NCBI GenBank assembly: GCA_021735105.1
Contig: JAIPHS010000003.1
Coordinates: forward strand, 1-42,010
Length of the DNA: 42,010 bases
Origin: Candidatus Omnitrophota bacterium
Lineage (GTDB): Bacteria > Omnitrophota > Gorgyraeia > Duberdicusellales > 4484-171
Direction: 5' to 3'
Part shown: piece after piece, positions 17,799 through 27,169 of the stretch
How the letters are laid out: each line of letters opens with the position of its first letter
Numbering within the stretch: the first letter of the stretch is position 1
The notes under the pieces: model-generated
Told to the model about the DNA's origin: nothing
What the model saw: the letters and a program-made list of their open reading frames with translations, nothing else
Database searches by the model: none
Program-made: the position numbers and the translations under genes

Positions 17799-18891
17799 AT
17801 TTATAGAAGAGGAAGATGCCGATTAAAATTATTATTATGTTAGGCAGCCACATGGCTAGAGGAGGAGGCAGCATATGATATTCAGTTAAAGTTTCACCAA
17901 GGAGAAAGAGAAGATAGTAAATACCTGCAGTTACAGCTGCAATTATGAAGTTTATTGATTTTTCCCTATGTTTTATAGTCATTGAAACTCCAAATCCTAA
18001 GATTACAAATGCGATTGGAGCAAAAGAAAAGCTTATTCTACGGTGGAATTCAGATAAAATTTCTGCTGGTATGTTTGATTTTACCTTTCTGTGAGTTTTT
18101 TTCTTAAAACTGTTTATCTTCTTCTGCAATTCTTCCAGGCGCATATCTTTAGGCTTTTTTTGAACTATCTCTCTTTTTTCTTTCTGTATTGGTAAATCCA
18201 TAAAAAATCGCCTGAAATTTAATCGATATGGGCCGGTTTCGCTATCAGGGTTGGATATGTCACGAAAACCTTGTTCCAGTTTTATTTTTAATATGTTTTT
18301 ATCAACAATAAATTTGCCTCTTTTTGCAAAAGTTATTTCAGTTATATCCTCCTTTTTATCTGTTTTATATATGTAGACATTTTTTAAATCTTGGTTATTT
18401 TTATCAGTTACATATAAGATGTGGTTTTCAAATTCATCTAAGAAAACCCCGGGTTCTATTAGGGCGGGTAAATTTTTAGAATAAGTGGTTTTTAATTGAG
18501 TGTGATAACGAAAATTAGTGTCTGGAATAACTTTACTTTTTAAAAAAAGTAAGAAAAGAGAAAAAATAAAAGCAATTAACAGAAATATTGAAAAAATCTT
18601 AATAGTTGATATTCCGGAACTTTGTATAGCTATCAATTCATTATCTACGACCAGTCTTCCTATGGTTAATAAAAGTGCAAATAAAAAAGCTAGGGGGATA
18701 GTGTATTCTGAAATTCTAGGGGCTATAAAGTAAAAAACATTTAATGCAGATAAAACCGGGATGCCTTTGTTGATTATCATATCTGTTATTTTGTAGAGGC
18801 TGCCTCCTAAGAAAAAGATATTTACTGTTAAAAATGAAAACAGAAAAACTGTTAAGAATTCTTTTAGGATATAGGTTCGTAATATTCGCAT
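17782..18891 (-). CDS. lptF: LPS export ABC transporter permease (LptF-like)
   Basis: MRILRTYI, GRL..DNELIA..SSGIS, IEPGVF, EFHRR, AMWLPN. Confidence 0.88.
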   Translation of the reverse strand: MRILRTYILKEFLTVFLFSFLTVNIFFLGGSLYKITDMIINKGIPVLSALNVFYFIAPRISEYTIPLAFLFALLLTIGRLVVDNELIAIQSSGISTIKIFSIFLLIAFIFSLFLLFLKSKVIPDTNFRYHTQLKTTYSKNLPALIEPGVFLDEFENHILYVTDKNNQDLKNVYIYKTDKKEDITEITFAKRGKFIVDKNILKIKLEQGFRDISNPDSETGPYRLNFRRFFMDLPIQKEKREIVQKKPKDMRLEELQKKINSFKKKTHRKVKSNIPAEILSEFHRRISFSFAPIAFVILGFGVSMTIKHREKSINFIIAAVTAGIYYLLFLLGETLTEYHMLPPPLAMWLPNIIIILIGIFLFYKYAYFR

Positions 18892-18896
18892 TTTTT

Positions 18897-19577
18897 TTAA
18901 TTTTTTAAAGCTTTAGCTAAAGTAATTATAAAGATTTTATCTACACCTTTTTCTTTTAAAGACTGCCAACATGTTGAAATTGTAGCTCCGGTTGTAAAGA
19001 CATCATCAATCAATAAAATATTTTTATCTGTAAAGTTTTCTTTTACTATAAATTTTCCTTTGACGTTTTCTTGCCGTTTTTTTGAGGAAAGCTTAGTCTG
19101 GGAATCTTTAACATATTTTGAAGTTATTATATCATTTTTTAGAGGTAATTGAAAATATTTTGCTATTTGTTTAGCTAATAGTTCTGCTTGGTTGTAACCT
19201 CGTATTTTCATTTTATACGGGTGTAGGGGCACCGGGACAATAAAATCATAATTTTGTGGTTTAAATTTAGTGATTTTGAGTTGTTTGACTATGAAACGAG
19301 ATAGAAAATCAGCCAAATAGTCGCAATGTTTATACTTAAAAGAATATATTAAATTTTTAATTGGATTTTTATAATTACAACTACTAAGTGCTGTTATTGG
19401 TTTTTCATAAATGTTATTATTTGTTTTTATTTGGCTATAACAAAAAGGAGGCCTAAGAACCTTTATTTGTTTTTTACAGGAAAGGCAGAGATAGTTTTTA
19501 GTTGTTTTTTTTCCGCAATTTAAACAGATTGGTGGAAAAAATGTGTTTTTTAGGGCATTGATTGGTTTTTTAAGCAT
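18897..19577 (-). CDS. comF: ComF-family phosphoribosyltransferase-like protein
   Basis: FPPICLNC..CLSC, PVPLH, RGYNQA, R..NV, LIDDVFTTGAT. Confidence 0.92.
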   Translation of the reverse strand: MLKKPINALKNTFFPPICLNCGKKTTKNYLCLSCKKQIKVLRPPFCYSQIKTNNNIYEKPITALSSCNYKNPIKNLIYSFKYKHCDYLADFLSRFIVKQLKITKFKPQNYDFIVPVPLHPYKMKIRGYNQAELLAKQIAKYFQLPLKNDIITSKYVKDSQTKLSSKKRQENVKGKFIVKENFTDKNILLIDDVFTTGATISTCWQSLKEKGVDKIFIITLAKALKN

Positions 19578-19583
19578 AAAATT

Positions 19584-19612
19584 ATTGTATTTGCTTCTTT
19601 GTAATTATACAA
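19584..19612 (-). promoter_or_regulatory. Putative sigma70 promoter of comF-lptF-lptG (leaderless)
   Basis: Minus strand TTGTAT-17 bp-TACAAT; ATG 7 nt downstream; no SD. Confidence 0.6.
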
Positions 19613-19740
19613 GAGAAAATTAACAGAAAGCGGCCCTTAACCTTTTTTTATCTTCATTATATAGTATAATAACAACCACTAAAACATATAAGTGAAAGTC
19701 AATATGCTTTCAACTATTATTTTAATCTTACTTATTTCTT

Positions 19741-20388
19741 ATGAATAACGTTTTTAATATCATATTTGATGATGAATATTTTTTGGTTATAAATAAAATA
19801 GCCAGGATAGTAGTACAGCCGAGCCCAAAAAAAGAAAAGCAAACTTTAACCTCTTTAGTTGAAAAACACCTAAAAGAAAAGTTATATATTTGCCATCGCC
19901 TTGATAAAGATACTCAGGGTTTGATAATTTATGCTAGATCTAAAAAAGTGTATAAAAATATTACCGATCAATTTCGAAAAAGAAAAATCATTAAAAAATA
20001 TTTTGCCTTAACAGAAGGAAACTTTAAAAGAGATAAAGGATTGTTTAAGGGTTCAGTCCTTGATACTGTAGGCAGAAAGTTTAATGAAAAACCAAAAAGC
20101 AGTGAAACTTCTTATAAGGTCATAAAAAAAGGTAGAGGCTTTGACTTGATTGAACTTTCTCCGAAAACTGGAAGGACCAATCAAATAAGAATTCATCTGG
20201 CTAAAGCCGGGCATCCAATTTTAGGGGAGAGAAAATATGCTTTTCGCCGCGATTTTGTGATAAAATTTAATAAATTAGCTCTTTATGCTTATTTTATTCA
20301 ACTTAGGCACCCGATAAGCAAAGAAAAGATTGTGGTAAAGATAGATAGGCCAGAATATATGAATGAATTTATAAAAAAAGTAAGCTAA
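19741..20388 (+). CDS. RluA-family pseudouridine synthase (no S4 domain)
   Basis: VINK, HRLDKDTQG (catalytic Asp), KKYFAL, TGRTNQIRIH, HPILG. Confidence 0.9.
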   Translation: MNNVFNIIFDDEYFLVINKIARIVVQPSPKKEKQTLTSLVEKHLKEKLYICHRLDKDTQGLIIYARSKKVYKNITDQFRKRKIIKKYFALTEGNFKRDKGLFKGSVLDTVGRKFNEKPKSSETSYKVIKKGRGFDLIELSPKTGRTNQIRIHLAKAGHPILGERKYAFRRDFVIKFNKLALYAYFIQLRHPISKEKIVVKIDRPEYMNEFIKKVS

Positions 20389-20391
20389 AAA

Positions 20392-20745
20392 ATGTTCTAT
20401 AAGATAGTAAACAAAACTAAAGATGTAGAAATAGTTTCTTCTGCTAAAGTTGCTTCCGGATTTTTTCAACGCTTATTTGGGTTAATGTTTCGAAATAATA
20501 TAAAGGATGATCAAGCTCTTATTTTTTATCAGGCCCCTTCAATACATACTTTTTTTATGCGTTTTCTTCTAGATATTGTTTTTTTAGATAAAAAGATGAA
20601 GGTTAAAAAGTTAGTTTATGGTTTAGGGCCTTGGCGGCTTGTTTTTTGTTGGGGGGCGCATATTACTATCGAGTTACCTTCAGAAAAGATTAGTCAAATC
20701 AAAGTTGAAATAGGTGACAAAATCGAAATAAGGTCTCAATCTTAA
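20392..20745 (+). CDS. DUF192-family protein
   Basis: R..GLMFR, SIHTFFMRF.LDIVFLD, IELP, GD.I. Confidence 0.88.
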   Translation: MFYKIVNKTKDVEIVSSAKVASGFFQRLFGLMFRNNIKDDQALIFYQAPSIHTFFMRFLLDIVFLDKKMKVKKLVYGLGPWRLVFCWGAHITIELPSEKISQIKVEIGDKIEIRSQS

Positions 20746-20758
20746 CCTTAATCTAAAT
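20735..20758 (+). repeat. Degenerate hexamer tandem repeat x4
   Basis: CTCAAT CTTAAC CTTAAT CTAAAT. Confidence 0.55.
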
Positions 20759-20762
20759 TGTA

Positions 20763-20791
20763 TTGACTGGATAAGGTTTTTCGTTTATTAT
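20763..20791 (+). promoter_or_regulatory. Putative sigma70 promoter of the arg/lys operon (leaderless)
   Basis: TTGACT-17 bp-TATTAT; argC ATG 8 nt after the -10; no SD. Confidence 0.65.
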
Positions 20792-20798
20792 AACTGGT

Positions 20799-21818
20799 AT
20801 GATTAAAGTAGGAATTTTAGGGGCTACAGGCTTTACCGGGGAAAAATTAGTTGAGATTTTATTATCACATCCAGAAGTCAAAGTTACCTACATTGCTTCT
20901 CGCACTAAAGAACCGGTATTATATTCTGAAATTTTTCCCAAGTTTTATAAAAAAACTTCAATAAAATGCCAGCCGCTTAATATAAAAGAGGCAATAGATT
21001 CTTGTGATCTTTTATTTTTATCATTACCGCATACTGTTTCAATGCAGTTTGTCCCTAAAATTTTAAAAAAAGGTAAAAAAGTAATAGATCTTTCGGCTGA
21101 TTATCGCTTCAAAAAAGCTGCGGCCTATAAAAGCCTTTATGAAAAGGAACATCAGGATAAAAAGAACCTAAAAAAATCAGTTTATGGTTTACCTGAGCTA
21201 TTTAAAGAAGAGATAAAAAAAGCGCAATTAATAGCAAATCCTGGATGTTACCCAACTTCAATAATTCTTGCTCTATATCCCTTATTATCTGAAAAGTTAG
21301 TTAAAGGTAAAATCGTAATTGATTCGAAATCGGCGATTACCGGGGCAGGCCGGAAAGCATCTATTGATTATCACTATTCTGATCTGGCTAATAATTTTTG
21401 GGCTTATAAACCCTTCGTTCATCAGCATCAGCCTGAAGTAGCAGAAATCTTAGGCCAAAATCTAATAAAATCTTTAACTTTTTCTTTTCTTCCTCAAGTA
21501 GCTAGTTTTGAAGCTGGTATTTATTCTACAATTCATCTTTCTTTTAAGAAAAAAATTAATAAAAATATATTGGACAAAATCTATAATAAGTACTACCAAA
21601 GTTATCCTTTTATCCGGCTTGGCACTAAAATTCCTAAATTAAAAGATGTGGTGGGAACAAATTTTTGTGATATAGGATTTGCTGTAGATAAAAAAGGCCA
21701 AAATGCGGTAGTAATTTCCGCTATTGATAATTTAGTTAAAGGAGCGGCTGGCCAAGCAATTCAAAATATGAATTTGATGTTTGGCTTTAAAGAAACAACC
21801 GGGTTTCTTTCTTTATAG
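20799..21818 (+). CDS. argC: N-acetyl-gamma-glutamyl-phosphate reductase
   Basis: GATGFTG, DLSADYR, YGLPE, ANPGCYPT, GAGRK, IDNLVKGAAGQA.QN.N. Confidence 0.97.
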   Translation: MIKVGILGATGFTGEKLVEILLSHPEVKVTYIASRTKEPVLYSEIFPKFYKKTSIKCQPLNIKEAIDSCDLLFLSLPHTVSMQFVPKILKKGKKVIDLSADYRFKKAAAYKSLYEKEHQDKKNLKKSVYGLPELFKEEIKKAQLIANPGCYPTSIILALYPLLSEKLVKGKIVIDSKSAITGAGRKASIDYHYSDLANNFWAYKPFVHQHQPEVAEILGQNLIKSLTFSFLPQVASFEAGIYSTIHLSFKKKINKNILDKIYNKYYQSYPFIRLGTKIPKLKDVVGTNFCDIGFAVDKKGQNAVVISAIDNLVKGAAGQAIQNMNLMFGFKETTGFLSL

Positions 21819-21835
21819 GTGAAAGAGTTAAAAAA

Positions 21836-22939
21836 ATGAAAAATAATAAATTGCCTCAAGGGTTTTTAGCCAGCGGCTTAAAGTGTGGAATCAAAAATAA
21901 TGATTACGACCTAGGTTTGATTCAATTTAAACAACCTTATCGGGTAGTGGGTTTTTTTACTAGCAATTTGAATGTTTCTTACTCTGTTTCTTTGTCACGG
22001 AAAAATATTAAAAATCCTATTTTTGCTATTTTAGTAAATAGCGGTAATGCTAATTGTTTTTCTCATAATAGAGGTTATCAAGACACAGAAGATATAGTAA
22101 AAGAACTTGCCAAAAAATTAGATATAGGCAAAGAAAATGTTTTGATTGCTTCGACTGGAATTATTGCAAAAAAGCTGCCAAAGTCTAAAATAACAAAGAA
22201 TATCCCTAAGCTTATAAAAGATCTAGAAAATAGCCCGAAGAAGTTTGCAAAAAGTATTTTAACTACAGACAGCTGTACTAAAGTTATTTCTAAAACTATT
22301 AGCTTTGGCAAAAAGAAGGTAAAAATTACAGGGATTGTTAAAGGCTCTGGTATGATAAAGCCGAATCTAGCTACTATGTTGGCTTTTGTTTTAATGGATG
22401 CTGATATCAACCTAGGTATTTTGCGAAAAAATGCAAAAGAGGCTGTAGAAAAAAGTTTTAATTCAATCAATATAGATGCAGCTGAGAGTACTAATGATTC
22501 ATTGTTTTTGGTATCAAGTAAAAAAGTACCTTTAACTAAAAAAGAAGAGAAGAGATTTTTTCTTGAATTTCAAAATATAATGGTTGATCTTGCTAAATTG
22601 ATCGTAAAAGATGCTGAAGGAGCGACGAAATTTGTTCAATTAGACCTAAAGGGAGCAAAAACCGTAAAAGAAGCTAAGCGGTTAGCTGAAAAAATAGCAG
22701 GTTATGTTTTATTTAAAGCCGCACTTTATGGTAGTAATCCTAATATCGGCAGGATTATTGCTGTTTTAGGCCAGGAAAAAATTAAATTAAACAAAAACGA
22801 CTTAAAGCTAAAGTTCAACTCTTTTGCTAAAAAAAATATTAATATTGCGATAAATCTAAAACGGGGTAGATATAGTTGGAGGGTTTATACTTGTGATTTA
22901 AGCCCAGAATATATTAAAATAAACGCCGAATATAATTAA
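21836..22939 (+). CDS. argJ: Ornithine acetyltransferase ArgJ (shortened, divergent)
   Basis: NSGNAN, STGII, ILTTD, KGSGMIKPNLATML, STND, DAEGATK, CDLS.EY..INAEY. Confidence 0.92.
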   Translation: MKNNKLPQGFLASGLKCGIKNNDYDLGLIQFKQPYRVVGFFTSNLNVSYSVSLSRKNIKNPIFAILVNSGNANCFSHNRGYQDTEDIVKELAKKLDIGKENVLIASTGIIAKKLPKSKITKNIPKLIKDLENSPKKFAKSILTTDSCTKVISKTISFGKKKVKITGIVKGSGMIKPNLATMLAFVLMDADINLGILRKNAKEAVEKSFNSINIDAAESTNDSLFLVSSKKVPLTKKEEKRFFLEFQNIMVDLAKLIVKDAEGATKFVQLDLKGAKTVKEAKRLAEKIAGYVLFKAALYGSNPNIGRIIAVLGQEKIKLNKNDLKLKFNSFAKKNINIAINLKRGRYSWRVYTCDLSPEYIKINAEYN

Positions 22940-22950
22940 TTTTGATAAAT

Positions 22951-23799
22951 ATGGAAGAAGCAATAAAAAAAGCAGATATTTTAATTGAAGCCTTACCTTA
23001 TATTAAAGAATTTCATAAAAAAATTTTTGTTATAAAATATGGTGGCTCTATTTTAGGAGAAAAAAGAATCCGTAAATCTGTGCTTGAAGATATAGCTTTT
23101 TTGAAATTTGCTGGAATTAGGCCGGTTATTATTCACGGTGGAGGGCCTAATATTACCGAAAAATTAAAGCAAAGCAGCATTGAGACAGATTTTTTTCAAG
23201 GCATGAGAGTCACTGACAAAAAGACATTAAAGGTAGTAGAAGAAGAATTAAATAAGTTAAACGGCCTAATAGCCAAAGAAATAGAATTACATTCAGTAAA
23301 GGCGAAAAAGTTTTTAAAAGAAGATAAACTGCTTAAAGTAAATAAAAAAGAGGCGGATATTGATTTAGGTTATGTAGGACGGGTGGTTGATTTTGATAAA
23401 AATATTCTCAAAAAAACTACAGTAGATAGTATTCCGGTGATTTGTCCGATGGGTGTTTCGGAAAACGGGAAAGCTTTTAATATCAATGCTGATGAAGTGG
23501 CTTGTTTTTTGGCTTCAAAGCTTTCTGCGGAAAAACTAGTCATATTAACAGATGTATTGGGAGTTATGCGGGATGCAAAAGATGAAAATTCTTTAATTTC
23601 AACGATTACTTTATCTCAAATTGAAAACCTTATTAAAGAAAAGATAGTGTCTAAAGGAATGATACCTAAAATTAGAGCAGCAGCTTCTGCTGTTAGGTCT
23701 GGAGTAAGAAAGGCTCATATTGTTGACGCAAAAATACCGCATGCGTTGTTACTTGAAATTTTTACCGACCGAGGTATATCTACAGAAATAGTCAAGTAG
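22951..23799 (+). CDS. argB: Acetylglutamate kinase
   Basis: EALPYI, IKYGG, HGGGP, GMRVTD, NINAD, GMIPK, LLEIFTD.G. ATG 22951 preferred. Confidence 0.96.
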   Translation: MEEAIKKADILIEALPYIKEFHKKIFVIKYGGSILGEKRIRKSVLEDIAFLKFAGIRPVIIHGGGPNITEKLKQSSIETDFFQGMRVTDKKTLKVVEEELNKLNGLIAKEIELHSVKAKKFLKEDKLLKVNKKEADIDLGYVGRVVDFDKNILKKTTVDSIPVICPMGVSENGKAFNINADEVACFLASKLSAEKLVILTDVLGVMRDAKDENSLISTITLSQIENLIKEKIVSKGMIPKIRAAASAVRSGVRKAHIVDAKIPHALLLEIFTDRGISTEIVK

Positions 23800-23812
23800 G
23801 GCTAAAGAATAA

Positions 23813-23865
23813 AGCGAAGCGAACGAAGTGAGCGGAGTCCTGAGCGACCGAAGGGAGTCGAAGGA
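23813..23865 (+). repeat. GC-rich intergenic REP-like element made of GAA-triloop / tandem G.A hairpins
   Basis: AGCGAAGCGAACGAAGTGAGCGGAGTCCTGAGCGACCGAAGGGAGTCGAAGGA; 32 of 53 bases are G+C; four CGAAG motifs. Confidence 0.7.
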
Positions 23866-23873
23866 ATTAAAAA

Positions 23874-25076
23874 ATGGATATCAAAAGTTTATACAAAAAA
23901 TATAGCCTAAACATTTATAACCGATATGGGCCGGTTTTTGTAAAAGGTAGCGGTAGTTGGTTAGAAGATTCTAAGGGCAGGCGTTATTTGGATTTATTCC
24001 CTGGTTGGGGTGTATCTATTTTAGGCCATTGCCACCGGCGTTTGGTAAAAGTTATTAATGAGCAAGCTAGTAAGTTAATCCATTTACCTAATAATTTATT
24101 TTCTTGTCAACAGGCTTTATTGGCAAAAAAAATTAGCCAACTTAGCTTTAGTTCTAAGGTGTTTTTTGCTAATTCAGGAGCTGAAGCTGTTGAAGCGGCA
24201 ATTAAGTTTTCACGTCTTTGGCGGCCAGGTTGTAACCAAATAATAGTTATGAAAAATTCTTTCCACGGGAGAACTATGGGGGCGCTTTCAGCAACCGGGC
24301 AAAAAAAATATAAAAAATATTTTAGGCCATTGATTTCTGGTTTTAAACAAGTTAAATTTAATGATTTCGATCATTTTAAAAATAAAATTACTTCAAAAAC
24401 TTCAGCTGTAATCTTGGAATTAATTCAAGGCGAAGGCGGGGTCAATGTGGCAAATAAGGATTATGTGGAAAGAATAGCAAAATTTTGCCAGGCTAATAAG
24501 ATACTGTTGATTATCGATGAAGTCCAAACAGGTATGGGTAGAACCGGCAAAATGTTTTGTTATCAGCATTATAGTTTAAAGCCGGATATTTTAATTTTAT
24601 CTAAAGGGCTAGGGGCAGGAGTTCCGATTTCAGCTATAGTTGTTAAAAAAAGAATCGCTGATATAATAAAACCTGGCATGCATGCTTCAACTTTTGGCGG
24701 CTCTCCTTTTGTGACTAGAGTTGCCAGGGAAGTTTTTGATATTATAAAAGAAGAAAATATTTTAAATAATGTAGAAAAGCAGCAAAAATTTCTAAAAAAA
24801 TCATTATTAAAATTAAAAGAAAGATTCTCTATAATAAAAAAAGTAAGAGGTATGGGCCTTATGCAAGCCATTGAATGCAATAGGCCAACTGCGCCGGTTT
24901 TTAAAGCAGCATTGAAAAAAAAGCTAATTATAAATTCAACTCATGAAAATGTTGTAAGAATCATGCCGGCTTTAAATGTGAAAAAAACAGAGCTTAATCA
25001 AGGTATTGTTATATTAACAGATATTTTTAAATCTTTAGAAAAACGACAAAAAAATAATTATAAGCAATATGGCTAA
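23874..25076 (+). CDS. argD: Acetylornithine aminotransferase
   Basis: NSGAEAVEAAIK, SFHGRT, QGEGG, DEVQTG, SKGLG (PLP Lys), HASTFGG. Confidence 0.95.
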   Translation: MDIKSLYKKYSLNIYNRYGPVFVKGSGSWLEDSKGRRYLDLFPGWGVSILGHCHRRLVKVINEQASKLIHLPNNLFSCQQALLAKKISQLSFSSKVFFANSGAEAVEAAIKFSRLWRPGCNQIIVMKNSFHGRTMGALSATGQKKYKKYFRPLISGFKQVKFNDFDHFKNKITSKTSAVILELIQGEGGVNVANKDYVERIAKFCQANKILLIIDEVQTGMGRTGKMFCYQHYSLKPDILILSKGLGAGVPISAIVVKKRIADIIKPGMHASTFGGSPFVTRVAREVFDIIKEENILNNVEKQQKFLKKSLLKLKERFSIIKKVRGMGLMQAIECNRPTAPVFKAALKKKLIINSTHENVVRIMPALNVKKTELNQGIVILTDIFKSLEKRQKNNYKQYG

Positions 25077-25989
25077 AAAAGATTTTCTTTCTTTAAAAAA
25101 CTTAACCAAACATCAGCTACTAGATATAATTAATATCGCCCAAGAGGTGAAAGCGCATCCTCAAGATTTTATCCAGTTTTTTTCTGGAAAACACGTAGGC
25201 TTATTATTTCAAAAGCCGTCCTTGCGGACTAAAACTTCATTTTATCTAGGTGCGCAGCAGTTGGGGGCTGCTTCTATTTATTACGGCCCGCAAGAAGTTC
25301 GTCTTGGCCAGAGAGAAGAAATTCGCGATGTTTCTCGCACTCTTTCTCAATATTTAGATATAGCGGTATTACGTACATTTTCACATCAAGATATTTTAGA
25401 ATTTGCGAAATTCTCTTCAATCCCAATAGTAAACGGCCTGACAGATTTATTTCATCCTTCTCAAATTATAGCTGATATACTTACGGTTACGGAACTAAAA
25501 AAAGATATAAAAAAAATTAAATTTACCTACATTGGAGAGATTAACAATGTTTGTAATTCTCTGATTAATGCTTTTTCATTATTGGGTGGTAATTTATCTA
25601 TAGCCACTCCCGAACAATTTTATCCCAGCCAAGAAACTATTAAAAAAATAAAAGCAAAATTTGCAGAAACTGGAGGAACTTTTAATATCAGCAGTTCTCC
25701 TGAGGATGCCGCTAGAGGGGCAGATGCCCTTTATACAGATGTCTGGTTTTCGATGGGTAAAGAAGGTCAAACAAAGCATAAAGAGAAAATATTTAAAAAT
25801 TTTCAAATTAATGATAAAATCCTAGAGAAAGCAAAAAATAATAGTATTGTTATGCATTGCCTTCCGGCTCATCGCGGCCAAGAGATTACCGATGCAGTTT
25901 TTGAAGGTGATAATTCCGTGGTATTTTTACAGGCAGCTAACCGCCTGCACGCGGCAAAAGCTATTCTTATTTTTATTTGGGAAAAATGA
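25069..25989 (+). CDS. argF: Ornithine carbamoyltransferase
   Basis: KPSLRT, HPSQ, DVW.SMG, HCLPAHRG.E, QA.NR. Confidence 0.93.
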   Translation: MAKKDFLSLKNLTKHQLLDIINIAQEVKAHPQDFIQFFSGKHVGLLFQKPSLRTKTSFYLGAQQLGAASIYYGPQEVRLGQREEIRDVSRTLSQYLDIAVLRTFSHQDILEFAKFSSIPIVNGLTDLFHPSQIIADILTVTELKKDIKKIKFTYIGEINNVCNSLINAFSLLGGNLSIATPEQFYPSQETIKKIKAKFAETGGTFNISSSPEDAARGADALYTDVWFSMGKEGQTKHKEKIFKNFQINDKILEKAKNNSIVMHCLPAHRGQEITDAVFEGDNSVVFLQAANRLHAAKAILIFIWEK

Positions 25990-27167
25990 AAAAACAAAAA
26001 TTAATTTTAGCATATTCCGGCGGCCTAGATACCTCCTGTTGCCTTAAATGGTTACAAGATAAAGGTTTTGAAGTTATTTGTTTTTCAGCTAATTTAGGCA
26101 GCGAGTTTTTACCAGAAGAAATAAAAACTAAAGCTAAGCAAGGGGGAGCTTCTAAGGTTTATGTTAAAGATTTAAGAAAAGAATTTTCACAAGACTATAT
26201 TTTATCAGCGCTTAAAGCTGGTGCTTTATATCAAAATAAATATTTGCTTAGCACCGCTTTGGGCCGGCCTTTGATTGCAAAATATTTAGTTGAAATTGCA
26301 AAATCAGAAAATGCTAAATTTGTTGCCCACGGCTGCAGCGGCAAAGGCAATGATCAGATAAGGCTGGAATTAGCAGTTAAGTCTCTTGCTCCGGAGTTAG
26401 AGATCGTTGCTCCTTTGCGCAGTTGGGAGTTAAACTCTCGGGAAGAAGAGATTGATTATGCAAAAAAAAATAATATATCTGTTGAATCTACGAAAAATAA
26501 AATTTATAGTATTGATAAAAATATTTGGGGGGTAAGCATTGAAGCAGGTTTACTAGAAGATTTAGGTAACAGCGTCCCCGAAGAAGCCTTTATTTTAACT
26601 AGGTCAGCTCAAGAGGCCCCGGAAAACTCTGAAAAATTAGAAATTGAGTTTTTTAAAGGGAAGCCAGTAAAAGTAAATAAAAAATCCATTAGTTTAACTC
26701 ATTTAATAGAAAAATTAAATAAAATCGGCGGCAGGCATGCAATTGGGCGCACTGACTTAGTCGAAGATAGAGTAGTGGGGATAAAATCTAGAGAAATTTA
26801 TGAGGCTCCGGCAGCTTGGATCTTATATAAAGCTTTAGCGGAGATAAAAGAATTGGTTTTTACCAAAGAGATGCTGGAATTTAAAGAAATCATTGCAGAA
26901 CGTTATGCTGATCTTACCTACCGCGGGTTTTGGTTTTATGAATTAAAAAATTCTCTGGATGCTTTTTTAGAAGAATCCTCAAATAAATTAACAGGTAAAG
27001 TCCGGTTTAAGCTATATAAAGGAAATATTATTACTTTAAAACGAAGTTCAAAATATTCTCAATACAAAAAGAGTTTAGCTACCTATGGCAAAAAAGATTC
27101 ATTTTCTAGAGAATGGGCAGAAGGGTTTATAAATATATTAGCAAATCCTTTTAGGAGAGGTAAATAA
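25986..27167 (+). CDS. argG: Argininosuccinate synthase
   Basis: LAYSGGLDTS, HGCSGKGNDQ, SIDKNIWG, KSREIYE. ATG 25986 overlaps the argF TGA. Confidence 0.97.
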   Translation: MKKQKLILAYSGGLDTSCCLKWLQDKGFEVICFSANLGSEFLPEEIKTKAKQGGASKVYVKDLRKEFSQDYILSALKAGALYQNKYLLSTALGRPLIAKYLVEIAKSENAKFVAHGCSGKGNDQIRLELAVKSLAPELEIVAPLRSWELNSREEEIDYAKKNNISVESTKNKIYSIDKNIWGVSIEAGLLEDLGNSVPEEAFILTRSAQEAPENSEKLEIEFFKGKPVKVNKKSISLTHLIEKLNKIGGRHAIGRTDLVEDRVVGIKSREIYEAPAAWILYKALAEIKELVFTKEMLEFKEIIAERYADLTYRGFWFYELKNSLDAFLEESSNKLTGKVRFKLYKGNIITLKRSSKYSQYKKSLATYGKKDSFSREWAEGFINILANPFRRGK

Positions 27168-27169
27168 TA

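Noticed and set aside
25069-25989. SLRT motif suggesting N-acetyl- or succinyl-ornithine transcarbamylase (ArgF')
   Set aside because: DxxxSMG and HCLPAHRG are OTCase-type, and argJ supplies free ornithine.
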